From contig NC_068992.1 of the NCBI RefSeq assembly GCF_001194135.2, forward strand, positions 66,512,851 to 66,576,850: DNA of 64,000 nt, written 5' to 3'. Made by a program: the position numbers and the translations under genes. The notes under the pieces were generated by a model, which saw only the letters and a list, made by a program, of their open reading frames with translations, had not been told where the DNA came from and did no database searches. Positions 11,845-25,565 of the stretch are shown piece after piece (the first letter of the stretch is position 1; each line of letters begins with the position of its first letter). The DNA is from Octopus bimaculoides (taxonomy: Eukaryota).

Positions 11845-14800
11845 TGTATATTGCTGTCCCAGTAATAGTCTTATATAATTAGTTATGTACTTTCGAGTTA
11901 TTTCTTCTATTCCACCATGCTCTCTACAATCAACCACTCTAGATATGAATTTTTAGTTATGGAATTTCTCTTTTACTCTTTCTCCTACATATCTAGACCT
12001 ACACATTTTTTCGTTGTATTGTAAAATAATGTTTGACACTGTTCACACATGCATGCACGCGTGCACGCGCACACACACACACACATATGCACGCACACAC
12101 AATGTTAAGTGGCCAGAAGAACAATCCATTTGGTACTAATAACAATTTGCTTCAAAAACTTAAGTACACACTCAGTCATAATACATGCTTTGTACACTAC
12201 AATAATATGGAAATATAGAATGACTTTGATATTTACAAATAGTCTTAGTCCCATGGTGATCGTTTCTTTATTTCGATTACCAATATTTGTTCTGTGTTGA
12301 CCTATTCTTTATTTGTTATCAACTGCTGATGTTTTTGATATTTTTGATTGGTCCATCAACCCAGGTCATATCACTTTCTTGATCCTCACTTTATTTGAAA
12401 AGTCATGTATAGGGAAAATCTTTAATCTTCATCTATCATCCTTTTCCAATGCAACAAAAGTTTATTTTATCAATATATACAGTACAATACTCCTCGTTTT
12501 TCAGATATTCTAAAAAAAATCTCAGTTCTTAAATTATTCTAACATTATTCTTCGTCTTTACTATATTCATCAATTACATACCATTTTGAAACACGTCCGT
12601 TTCTTTATTTAGAATTTACTCATTGCAACATTAAGTTAACATTAATTTACCAACACTTAGAAATTAATTTCTTATTGCATGCTCAATTTGTAAAGGAAAA
12701 TCGTAGATGATTGTGATAGAAGCTGGTATTTTGTGCTAAAAGTTTGTACCTACCAAAGACATAAGTTTGTTCTTTTTTGCATTTAGATTTGGAAGATAAT
12801 GTTACTAAAATTGTTGCAGCTGTATTTTAAAACTTCTTATAATGTTTTCCTGAAATTTGAAATAAAGTTTACTTCCTCAGAATCACATTTTCCTTGGCTG
12901 AAATTTTTGCTGGTCCAGTCCCTTTAGATGAACCATATCTTCATGAAATAATATTCATGCCAATCAACTGTGACATCGTTGTATAGGTTGTTAACATTAC
13001 ATACAAAACTCATTTTGTATGAAATGTTGTGAAGGCAAATTCTTTTTCCTGTTGCTTCTAATGACACACTTAACACAATTATAATTAAACACACACCCTT
13101 CCTTACACAAGTACAGACTCTCCAATATACAGACCTTCTCCCTCACATACATACACATGATTTATTAACAGAAAAATATGAGCCGCTTTCTGTTACAGAT
13201 ATTTTAACTTCCTTTTTGTTAGTTTTGAAGGCTTGAATTTTTAAGAAAGTTTTTATTTTAAAAATTTCCTTTTTATTCGACTATGAAATGAAGGCCTTTA
13301 AATAATTTGAATTTCAATCCCAAATGAAAGAATCCATGCCTTATTTTTACCCTTTTGTTGTCTTGTTTTTCTGTTAATGATAAAAGCTTGTGTCGACAAT
13401 ATGAATATATTTTTGCATCCATCAGTGAGTCAGTGAGAGAGTCTCTGTGTATTTGGTTGGTCAGCTAGAAATAGTAGCTAAATTCCTGTAAACCACACTC
13501 TACCACACATGCTTGTAAACTGCTATTCCAGTCATAACTGGGACATCTTTCTTCACAGGCCTCATTTGAACCTGAAATTGGAGGAAGTGTTGTATCTTCA
13601 AACCAGACACCTGGTCTCAATGTTGGTGAAACAGTGGATTCTTCAAAAGTAATCAAAGGTGTTGGGGTGGAGCTGGGTGACACACAAAGTCTAAAGCTAC
13701 AGTTCATATGATAGGATTCTACACATTTTCCATCTACTCAATTCCATTTGCAAGATATTGGTTAACCTAAGGCAATGGCAGCAAAAACTTGCCCAAAATT
13801 CTGTGTAGTGGGATTTAATCTAGAATCACATGCTTTCTCTATCCTTGGTATCTAAGAATCATGTTTTATTGTAGCTTTCACAGTTATTGGTATTGTCTTC
13901 CTATAAAATAGCTAAAGACTTACAAAGTTATATTATTTAGTACAATTATGGTCTTTATTCAAATTCGTTTCCTTCTACTGGCATCTCTCTTCTATTGTTC
14001 TGCATCTAAAAAATAAACTATTTTTTCCTTCTATTATAATATAATATAATATAATATAATATACTAAGTCATCAATCCATGCTCACTGGACTGTTTTTAA
14101 ATGAGGTGTCGCAGTATTATCTCTTTTATGATAGCAATACATTGGTTGTGATATTAATAACATGAAAATAAATTTCTAAAAATTCTAAAATAAAATCAAC
14201 GTATTTAAGATATATACTGAGACTGCTGGGGGGGGGGGAATTACTTGAAAAATCACATTTAAAGCATAATAACATTTAGTAGTATAATGTAATATGTTAT
14301 GAGTTGTGGTAATGTGTTACATAAGGTCTGTGATGGCTTGGATCAATAAAATTGATGAATCCAGTGCAGCAATGCAAAGAAAACTGAAGAGCAGATTGCA
14401 GTTTCATTAAATAGAATGTAGAGGTTGGTAAAAGGGCTAGAATAATAGGGGGGTAGCTAGGAAAATATTAACCAAATTGGATGGGATGATACTCGTACTA
14501 AAGAGCTTGAATGTTTGATAGAATCATAAGTACTAATGTGTTCTGTTATATTCCAGAGAGCATCAAATAACAGCTTTTCTGGTCGCATAAAAACCTGCCT
14601 TTGACTGCTGATATCTTGTAAATGGTGGCAAGAGATTCTAAATCTATCAAAGATCCAGTTTTTTGCAGGAAGAAAGGGTAATAGATAATAGATGATACTA
14701 TTCAATTTGGTTCAATCATTAGATTGTGGCCATGCTGGAGCACTGCCATTTAATCAAATAGATCAATGCTGATCATCTCTAGTGTCATCTGTTACTTTCA

Positions 14801-15599
14801 CTTCCTAAACATGCAGCCTTTTATTTCATTGGGGTGTAAAAAAGAGAAGAAAAGAGGCTTTAATTCTGTGCTAGTGTATTATTATAAATGTGATAATGTT
14901 GGTATTTTACATAGATATAAAGTCTCAAAGCCTTAGAAGACAGGTAGGATGTGGTGACAACCATGTCTTTCTCATTCAAGCTCCTAGTAAGCTATTTAGT
15001 TTCTAGTTGATGCAAATCAGTTTATGGCCCCATTGTTCTAGAAAATAGGTTTTTGTTTATAAATCCAATGTCATTTCATGGTAATTCCGTTTTATAGACT
15101 ATTACTCCAATTCCACATCTCTTGTTTATTATTTGGTATTTTTTTAATCTTTTAGTTTTCATCTTTTTTGATTCATTAAAAGAGGCCTTTCTGAGTTTAT
15201 AATAACTTAGTGGCTCACTGTCACTTATTCCTCAACCAAACTTTATTCCTATTGCTCTTGAATGATACCCCCCCCCCACCAATTTAGTGGCCAACAAATA
15301 TTTTAGGAATATTTATTGCCATAAATTTCAATGTAAGGAAATGCACCATCAGATCTCTGATGTCATCCTATTTAAGGAATGGCTCATTTAATAAATGTTA
15401 TTAGTTCATCTCCCTCCTACCCTGTACTCCCAAATGTGAGGTGTTCTCTACTGTTGGTTCTTTACATTTTACTCAATCTACACTGGAAATATAAAGAACA
15501 CTTTCTTTTTTAAAAATATATTCCAAAGTAGTTCATTTCCTGTCAACTACAGCAGAACAATGAATGGTCTTTCATTTAGTTACCCCTCTTTCTAATTGC

Positions 15600-18500
15600 T
15601 ACCCGCTTCATATTTTTGAGCATTCGCTTTGCACATACGTGTGTGTGTGCAGACACATTCCCATAGACAGCAAGTACCCCAGTTTGTTACTCTAACAGCA
15701 TACGAAACATTTCCCACCCCGCAACATTTCCTTGTAAGCTGTTTTGTGTAAGGGGGGAAAAAAAAAAAGTAAAAAGGTTGCACGTGATTTAGTTAATGTT
15801 TTGAATTATTTGGCAAAGAACTATCTTTAATATTTAGTCTAAACTATTATTAGCGCGACACAACTGTATCTTTCCTGTCCTTATCATCTTCACACAGTCG
15901 TTACTTTTCGAAGATTTTCCCTCATTCAACAATCCCGTTGCTCATTGCACACTTTCAAGAGTGAGAAAAATCTGTCCCCACCACCACCAACAATTTCTTA
16001 CATTTATTTTGCTCCCATAACAGATAGTATCGCCAACGTATATTTATATCTCTTCTTTCTCCACATTGATGTAGCTGAATTATCTGCACCCCCCGCCGCC
16101 CCAACTTTCACTGGGATAGCAAGCTTTTAAGTTGTTTCTTCAACTTCATATATACGTATGTGTGTATATATATATACACATACATGTGTATATATCTGTT
16201 AAATAAGTTAGTTGAAGCTCTTTCAGTCCTTTTTTTTTCTTTCTGTCTACAAGTTTATTTTCATTCCTTCTTTCCTGTCGATTTATCCCTTCTTCCCGCC
16301 GTCTTGCTTGCATCTCTCACTCCCTACTTGTTGTAACGACCGACCCCCCTCCCCGACCGCGCATCTGCTGCCATCATTCCTTGCCGCCGCTGCCGCATTA
16401 TTAGCAGCAGCAGCAGCAGCAGCAGTCATATTTCCAACTAGACACTATAAACAACAGCGTGTTGTTGTTGTAGTTGCTGCTGGTTCACCAACTCCATCAG
16501 GCCTCTATACTTAATTGACACACAACAACTAAGACGACCTGTGGAAGGAAACCACGCTCGTTCCCCTTCATCCATTTACCTTTCATTTGACCCTCCTGAT
16601 GCCATGGCCAGTCTTTCATCTCCTTACAATATACTTTGAACGTCCCATTTGGCTTTTTTTTTTTTAAACTCCATCCTCTCCAGTGGAAGGAATATTACCG
16701 GGAATTATTACTCTGACGGCTGGGGTTGTTTTACCCATTACATGCCATGGCCTGGTTCAAGAAGGTATGTATCCATGTCCACTCATTGACAAATACCTGT
16801 CACGTCTTTCACCCGACACCACACACACACATGAAACACGATTATATTATGATATTTCACTATTTTATAAATGAAAATATTTCTGGTGTCGTGTTTTGTT
16901 TCGACTACTGCTGTTGATGTCGATAATTCTGTTCGTTCAGCCTGTTCTATTAAGACCTTATATAAAACACGGAGCAACCTTTAGAGATGTCTTAGAATTG
17001 ATGTTTTATTAAATAATATTAATGTTTTATTGCAAGAGGTTGATGGGGGGAAAACCGTTGATTAAATTAAAAGCAAACTCCCGACTGATTGTATACGGCT
17101 GTTAATATATTTATTATGTCTCTAAATTTCCGTGGCTTTAAACTGGATTCCCTGTCGCCACCTGCTTTACATGTCAGCTCTATTCTTCTTTTATTTCACA
17201 CCATTTTCATCAGTTCCCTGCATCACACCACCATTAACCCAGTATATTCTCATCCCTTGTCCAGCTTCATGTGCAGAAATCATAATTAACCGAATAATAA
17301 TAATAATAATAATCTAACCCTTAGCTTCCTCAATTTCTGCTGCCTGCTACATCCACTGGCAACAGACATTAAAGTACTATTAACCTACTTCCTTCCCACA
17401 ACCAACAAGAACATTGTCGGAAATATATGGACCTAGCAAGGAATGGTCCCCGTCTTTGCCACGGGTTTTCAACATTTCTGGGGGAAATTTCATTCACTCC
17501 TCACGAGCTGCCATTTTTTTTAATGTTTCCAAATATGTTGCAAGTCAACCAATTTTAGTGACGTAAGTTGGTTGTCTTCGAGATGATTCTTCCACCACAA
17601 TGGCAGAAAGTCTCTCTCTCGGTTTATTATTATTCTATCTCTAATATCTTCCTCCGGATTTTAAATAAAGAAGGAGCGGCTCCTCTAGTATTTTTCTGGC
17701 TGCTATACTTCCACTTCAGTCACCTGTGTTATTTCATTCACTAAATTACAGCAGCAACATCCACAGACATGGCAACTGCTGCCAGCAACTTTATCATCAT
17801 CATCATCATCATCAGTTATTACTATTACAACTGCATTTGGAATATTCCTGCCTAGATTTCATCATAAGAAACCTCCATAATGACCACACAATTACCTCAG
17901 TGTTATTATCTTCATCATTAATTCTGTTCGATTTTAAAATCTCTTTGTTTCGTTTTTTCCCCTCCTCTTCTTCCTTCACGCTTGTTCCAGATCTTTTGTT
18001 TCTCCACTTGTGCCATTCCCTGGGGATAAAATGTCCCACCACACATAATACAAGAGTTACCGCCTGGAATGTAATGTCTAGAACACTCTTAGCTTTTCTA
18101 AGCCTCTGACTGTAACTGGTAAATATATTTATCCAGATTGTATAGTTTCGGGGTAGTTCCTCGTTATAATAATCTATAATTAGCTACCCCCACCACACTA
18201 CCTGTTCATTTATGAGTCAACGAGAGAGCCTCGACCTGTTAGAAATAGCAGCTAAGTCACTCTACATTATTATGGTGATGCTTCAGATGAAGTAGTCCTA
18301 CGTGGGTTATGTCTAAAATAGAAGCAGGACAGCCATGGTTGGAATACGTTTAATGATTGGGGCGAAACAACAACAATCTTGTTCAATATGGGCCGATATA
18401 TATATTATTGTGTTACTCATCCCCCCCCACCCCAGAAATCACAATCGATCTCAATGCAATCCTATTAATCATCTCCCACATCATCGCACATTATTCACTT

Positions 18501-18932
18501 TCATGAAATAAACTGTTGTTTTTTTTTTGCTTTTTTTTAATTCCGTAAATATATTTTCGCACCTACGTAATTACGTTTTGTGGGGTTTAATGTCGACCTG
18601 TTAAGGAGGCCCAGCATGGGGGGTACTTTCGTTGTCGTCTGTATCCTAAGTACATGAGGTTGAAAATAAGCCCATGCTTGGCTTTTTACACACACACACA
18701 CACACACACCAACACACACACCAACACACTGTGTGGAAGTGTCTCAGCATGGCAGTACTCTCGCACCGAGGTACTTGTTGGGATTGTCGTGAAAGGTATG
18801 TGTGTGTGTATGTGCATGCATCTACATATGTGTATGTTAAGACCTATCCTAGCAGGGGTTTACTTTCAACTTCATGTACCGAGGATTGTCTTGTGTATTT
18901 ATACATACATTATGCATATATTGGTGCGTGTA

Positions 18933-18968
<36 letters not shown>

Positions 18969-19900
18969 CATACACACACACATTTATGTGCGCTCGCTCA
19001 CAATACATAAAGTGTTTGTCGAGGCACACCACTTCCGGTTGACATTTTCCAATTAAACCTGTTCTCTTTATCAACTCTGTGATTCAGAGCTGATAGCTTG
19101 TCCTTCAAATTAACCGTCGAGCTGACCATGTGACTTGGTCACAGCCATACTGTACTACTCTAGCCAAAGTGGTTAATCGACCCGATAGCAATAGCAACCA
19201 AATCTCCCTTAAATTACATTCTACTGTCTTAAAAAAAAAAGGACATACTGGATAATGCAGTCGTGGTTGTCTGCAGAAGGGAGACGAGGTAGACATAGAC
19301 GGGGCACCTTTGAATATAGATGGACAGAACCGGAGCTGACCTAAGTCGAAAAAGGCAACTTGAACGTGCAAAAGGGGTTTGGCCTCTACGTAGTCGCTCG
19401 ACCTGCTAGAAACAGCAGGCAAATCTGCCATCGTAATTAAAAAATGATAATGAAATAGTGTAAAACAAACAAGAAAAAAAAAACGGGATGGTCATGTCTG
19501 GAATATCCTTTGATTCTAGATCTGCTACATCAGACAACAACAATGTTGCTACATATTTCAATGGAGTCTCTGAAATACGAATCCAGTCTGTCAATGTACA
19601 CGGTTGTATGTTATGATGTGTGATTTAAAGGAATGCAATCATACTGACTGATGTTTCCCCTATTTTAGGGATGGGTCATTGATTTAATTTCATTGCTTGT
19701 CACCAATATATCACCTCTTTTCCGTTAGTGTATAGTTATTTTGGTCAGATTTCAGCAATTTCGAGACGTGAACTAGATACAAATTTACGAAGAAGATCCA
19801 GAGTTTTGATTTGATAATGTTAGAAATTTTAATTTTCAATGTTTATAGAACAAACGGTTAAACTCCTGGTTAGTCTGTGAAATGGTTTTTCCTTTCGTGC
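15600..19900. promoter_or_regulatory. CpG-retaining promoter / 5' region, probably of the Ack-like gene
   Basis: Visibly more CG dinucleotides than the flanks (judged by eye, not counted), GC-rich stretch at 16330-16425 (ccccgccgcc, cgaccgcgc, (GCA)n), contains the candidate first exon. Boundaries approximate. Confidence 0.55.
16747..16764 (+). CDS. Ack-like: Candidate first coding exon of the Ack-like kinase (MAWFKK)
   Basis: ccATGg context, in-frame TGA upstream at 16714-16716, near-consensus donor AAG|GTATGT at 16765. Phase 0 joins the 36905 exon to give MAWFKK-AILRAS. Lies in the CpG-retaining zone. The junction is inferred, not proven. Confidence 0.55.
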
Positions 19901-22622
19901 CTGAAGTTATATGATTATCAGGTTATTTTCTTCTATAAATGTGTGGCTTTATTATTTACAATTTAAGTCTTTGTCCTGTAAATTCTTTCGAATTACGTGT
20001 AATTATATTGACTAGGTCAGTGCTTTTCTTTTAACTCTCTCTGTGTGTATATAAATAAATACGATATCGCGTATTGTAAAGAGTGTATAAGATAGCATTT
20101 GTGTTGTCAATTTCATTTCACAATATAGTTTTACAGTATAATGTTAAAATGTTATTTTCTGGGCCAGCCTAAACTCAAAATTGTACATACAGTCACTGAT
20201 ACAAACCCTAATGTATTAATTATATCCCTAATTTAATGTACTTCAGCTCTAGGGTTACAATCTCATTTTGTTGTGTGGGGTAGGGTCACCATAACCTTTG
20301 TGAAACTGAAAAAAAGACTGCCTTAGAGAGAAAATTGTTAACTGCTGTTCCATGTAAATCTCCTGCTACACCTACTTAAGTCAACAAAGCTGAAAATAGA
20401 CATCAAGTTTATAGTCAACTATTTTGTATAACTACCCTAGCGCTATCTCCTTCTAGAAAAACAAAGATTTTGTTATCAAAAAGGCCTTCGAGGTGTTTGG
20501 TACCATCTGAATGATACACTCATTCTGGTATTGAAGAATTGGATTTTGGTATTTTAGGCAATGAGTATACAGTCATGTTGATGATGAAAGATAAATCTGA
20601 TGTATTGTTGACTCAATTCATGACAGTTTGGAGGAACAGGAAATTGATAATGATGATGATGACTTCTAAAGATTTCCTTAACTATGCTTTTAGTTCTGTG
20701 AACACAATATGAATAAACAATAGTTTAATAATATTCTGTTTACTACCACAAAGTAAAGTTCTTAATTTTCTCATTGCAAATACAATATCCAGTTTGTTAG
20801 ATTATACTTGAAAGGTTACCCATACATCAAAATATAAGGGTACCTGAAAAGTTTGATGTTCAATCTTCCCATTTTTCTTCAGTCCACATCTAACAACCAT
20901 ACCCCTATGAATCAAGGGAGCCTTTGCTAAGTATAGCAACCATGGAGTAACCCTCAAATCACAACCTTAAAAGAAAATTTAAAAAAATAACATGGTTGTT
21001 TACAGCTGGAACATTTTTGATAATTGATTTGTCCAGTCAGTTGATCTCACTCAACACTAATTCTACCCCAGACCCAACCATTCTCACACCTAACAACTAT
21101 TGCCCATTTGTGTTTGTTTACACAAACATAATCATCTTTCTTCCTCTCTCAGAATTACTTTTCTTGTTTTACTCAACTTCAAATAGTTTTGTTTTTATTT
21201 TTACACAACAATAAATTGTATGGTTTTTTTTAAAAACTCAGTACTACTTTGTGTGGTGAATTTGCTAATGAAGTAGGATTGTTAATGCTTTCTAATAGAA
21301 ATAGTTGAGTAAATATATCCTGTATTCCAAAGGAAGCTGTAAATATATTTGGCTGGAGTGGAAACATATCTTAAAACAAATTATTTTGTTCCTCGACTGA
21401 GTTTTGAGATCATTTTTTTAGGTTTTCACACCTAATTTGAGGTTTCTGCTTGACACCCAATTCTATAATATTACATAGTTTCTGTAGTCTTACATTTGTT
21501 TTATCTGAAAGCTGCAGTGAAATTGCCCCTGCGGAGGGTAGGGCTTCTGGAATATCTATTAAGAGAGTACCCTAGGTGTAAGTTAATTTACTAACCAGGC
21601 ATTCAGTGGTTACACAATTGTTGAAAGGGTAAGGGATCATTTAAAATACTTTCAGTTGTAACTTTGTATATTGAGTTTTACCTGGGTTCCATTACTCCCA
21701 TCTTTATTCTGCATTCACAACTGACATTTCTTCTGTCAAGCTTTCTCTCTCTCTCTTTTTTTTCTTTAATATTCTTAGAAGCAATTCCTACATGATGTTG
21801 GCATCTTACTTTCAATCCCAGCTGGTCTGCAATGCCTAGAATACTGCCATGAATTTCTGAAGAGTGGAATCAATTTAAATGCTTAGGTGTATTTATTAAA
21901 GTGAAACAGTAGAATTAAGATTCCTAATGATGACCTGTGTTGGTAAAAGCCGTTCAGTGATTTAGTTTTTACAAAGTGAAACTAGTTCCCAACTCTTATC
22001 AACCAAATGACTTGCCTGGTTGGTGAGAAAATGTGAAACACTATGTTGACATCTAATTTTGATGCCCGTTTGTTGTCACTTAATTTTACTGTTATTTCTG
22101 TTGTCTTTCAGGAAACCATGAACACCACACAGTCACATTTCTCTTTCCCTTCTGAATCTTAGGCCTTGCAGGATAAGTCAGTGTATACAATTTAACAATG
22201 GTTAGAACTGGGATTTTTCTCTCAGAAATAGTTTTAACCCTTTCTGAGAGGTGGCTGAAGGTTCAGGTTTGATTTTTAGAAATTATGGTTTAAGTCAAAG
22301 GAGGAAGAGTTGTAGTACTCCTGACTTTGTTTCCAATACTTGTGGGAGAGAAATGGTAACGCATTAGAGTCTGTCCCATTGAAGCATAGCTAATTGCTTG
22401 CCTAATTTCACTTACAAACAGACTTGGATCAACCTAAAGCATTTGTAGGAAACACTTATCTAAGCTGCCATAGAATGGGATGCGACCAGGAACTTGATCA
22501 TTTGGTCATACCTGCACTCTCTGCAAAAGGGTCAAGTCTGACTGTTTTTGGTATTAAATTTCAATGAGAAGACATCAAGGCTAATGACTTTCACACGTAT
22601 AACTGTAGGTAGGTAGGGTCAG

Positions 22623-22656
<34 letters not shown>

Positions 22657-23044
22657 AAACCCGCATCAGTCAACAGGAAATCTGCTAAAGTCAGCCCTGA
22701 AGGAGTGGTTTGTTGCTTGAATGCTGTGGTAGCTGTGACTTCTTTAAAAAGGTTGCAGGGAGGCACATTGAACTGAGTAATGATATAGAATAATGAGTTT
22801 GGTTGCTTTCTTAATATATCATTATTGGTTTATCACCCACTTTTCCATGTGTGCAGACAGAATTTGAGATAGATTTCCTATAGTAGGACGCCCTTCCTGT
22901 TGTTACCCTCACCTATTTTCAAGCAAAGTAATATTTTTCTCTGTGGAGGACTGGGAATAGACACCATCAGTATGATAGAAAGGCTCATTTACAACTGACA
23001 TGCAATATCAAGAGAAGGAAACCTAAGCATACACACACACACAC

Positions 23045-23180
23045 ACCATGGGCTCTTTTGAGTTGTCTGTCTTATAATTCCACTCACAAGGTTCTGGCTG
23101 TTCTGAGGTTGTCCAAAGTGTTACACAGTAGGATTGAACCTGAAACCATGTGGTTAGGAAGTGAACTTAACTTTGTAGCC
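23045..23180 (-). mobile_element. tRNA-headed SINE fragment (family A)
   Basis: ggattgaacctgaaaccatgtggttaggaagtgaact is the reverse complement of a B-box-containing head shared with 39130-39481. Confidence 0.6.
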
Positions 23181-24149
23181 ACACACAACAAACGTATTGA
23201 TCTTCATTCTTCTACATTCTGAATTCAAGTTATACCTCTGAGAGTGGAGGGTAGTTGATGGTAAAAGACATTCCATTATTATATTGGTGTCTATACAATC
23301 ACTCTTCCCACAAATTGTGTCAAGTTTAGCTACCATCATCATCATCATCATCATCATCACTCTTGAATATTATGACCATCTTGACCATTGTCATGGTGGA
23401 AGTCATCATTATTTCTTATGTCATTTGTCTTGTTCTCTTTGTTGATTGTTTCTTCCTTAAAGTTATTTCGTTAATATCTTAGTTTATTTTCTGTAAGGTA
23501 ATGGTGATTAGGACACTCTTTTGGGCCATAGTTGGCAACACTTTGGTCATTCTTGCAATGCCCCCACCCAATCTTTATTTTAAAATTGTTGTAAGGGTTA
23601 GCTGGATCTGCCAACCTATATTTTCACTCACTTAATACAATAGAAGAAAGGTTTTAAAGCTAGGTGTCACTTGCCGCATAGATCCATGTGTACACGATTT
23701 GGAACAACTTTAACAACTCTGCTACCATTCAGCTGTACACTTGATAATGTAATGGATTATTAAAGTGTATTATACATTACATTCCTGATGACTCAACTAA
23801 TTCACTAGTCGCCCCCCCATCCCCAACTCCACCACCTCACTATTCATAAATCAACTTTCTCACAAGCCAAACTCTGGTAACATTCTTCTTGGTTTTGAAC
23901 TAGAAATATATAATAAATATTCGGTGTCCCCTGTTCAATCCTGCTGCCTAGCTAATGTGAACAGCCCTAACTAATAATTAGTTATCTTTATTCTATGTAA
24001 TTATGTGTTTGCAAAGAGCAAGTTGGTGTAAATTCTTTTAAACTGCTGCCACGAGATTATTGATGTATGACTCAAACACAAACTTCATAATCAGCTTAAC
24101 TTTTTGAATCCCTTGAAATAGTTGATTTATTGAATAAAGTTAAGTCACT

Positions 24150-24209
24150 NNNNNNNNNNNNNNNNNNNNNNNNNNNNNNNNNNNNNNNNNNNNNNNNNNN
24201 NNNNNNNNN
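24150..24209. other. Assembly gap (N run)
   Basis: 60 N; other gaps at 11321-11330, 41574-41763, 44917-45000 and 46944-47088. Confidence 1.
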
Positions 24210-24365
24210 GGGACCGGGGACTATCCTGATATTTATAGTATTTATCTGTTATTCCTGTTACTAAGAAATCTGTCCAGAGGCCTTAACCATGGTTTTGAGA
24301 GTTGACAATAATTCCCTTTTTTTTTGTTTTGTTTAAAGATTTTGTCATTTTAGAATCTATTTTAA

Positions 24366-24566
24366 TTCTTTAGCATTTAAACCAGTCATATTCTGCCTGT
24401 TTTAAGTTCAAACTGATTAGATCTGGCCTTTCATACTTACCCTACAATGCCATTCTAAAAATATCACATCATTGAAATTTCAAAGCCACAAGATACTGAG
24501 TGATTAATTCAAAACATGCAACTAAATAAGCATTAAATAAGCTAAGGTAATCTGATTGCGAAAGGG
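24366..24566 (+). mobile_element. piggyBac-like MITE (TTAA-flanked)
   Basis: TTAA at 24362-24365 and 24567-24570, right end ...aaaggg|TTAA, left end (degenerate ccc)tttagcatt. Related partial copies at ~46385-46500 (-), 50275-50425, 52861-52966 and 55817-56130. Confidence 0.6.
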
Positions 24567-25526
24567 TTAAGACAGGTGATGTCTTGTAGAAACGTAATCC
24601 TTCCCTTTTTTTGTTTTGTTGGTTGTCTTTTCAGGTTTGTTATTCTAAGCACAGATGTTACTGTCTGTGTAAACATGTATTGTAGAGATTGTGGTCGATC
24701 TGATGAGGACAGAAGATATTCTGGCATTCCTTCAGTTGTTATTTACTTAGAGGGGGGGGGGGGTGATGGACATGTTTGTGTGTGTTTGTTTTGTTCTTTC
24801 ATCATGTTTTGTTTGTGACACAAACTTGGTCTATATGTTGTGTTTGTGTGCAGCACCACTAAATTTCAATTCGTTGGACAATTTGGGTCTTTCATACCAG
24901 TTGGATCATTCTCTTATTAACATCAGTAATTTGGTTTATCATAGAATTCTTTTTTTTTTCTCTTCTTCTTTTGGAAGAAGAAAACTATTTTTTGATGACT
25001 TATATTTTATGAATTTTCAGGAGATGAGGGTTAATGTTGCTACTGGTGACAGTTTATACTTGGAAATGGGATCTATAAAAAAAAAATGTACTATGATTTT
25101 TTTTTTTTTAAATTTTTTTTTTTTTTTTACAGGCAGTTCTGTAGAAATTGAATGTTCGCTTGATATTATATCTTGAGAATTGTTTATCTTGTTTGGCTGC
25201 TTAGTTTGTGGACATTGATTAAACCATTTAACTTAGTGTGGTCATTGATTAACCTTTTCCATACCAACACTTGTTAGGATATTCGGTTTACAATTATAAA
25301 TCGTGTGTTTGATTCCCAGTGGTGCATAGTGTATTTCAACTGAAATTAATACAAAAAGTGAATCTCAGGCCAGCCATGATGCACCAGGGGCCATCCTGCT
25401 TATAATTATATTCCACAAACTTTTTAAACTGGTGGAATACACTATGAAGGAGATTTGGCTGCTATTTTTAGCTGGTTGAGCAATCACATAAAGGTTCACT
25501 GTTTGCCAGTTTAGATTTAGTAATGC

Positions 25527-25565
<39 letters not shown>

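Noticed and set aside
16212-16514. 100-aa ORF with poly-Ala/poly-Val
   Set aside because: Produced by (GCA)n, (GCC)n and (GTT)n tracts in the promoter/5'UTR zone; no splice link to the kinase.
18537-19056. Cluster of His/Thr and Val/Cys/Tyr/Ile-rich ORFs
   Set aside because: Translations of (CA)n, (GT)n and (TA)n microsatellites; the same applies to the ORFs at 44814-45098 and 46775-47200.
22111-22163. Strong acceptor ttgtctttcag|GAAACCATGAAC
   Set aside because: In-frame stop after 16 codons and no good donor; at most a UTR exon.
24633-24760. Acceptor followed by MYCRDCGRSDEDRRYSG as a possible alternative first exon
   Set aside because: No convincing phase-0 donor, and the frame runs into a G-run and simple repeats.
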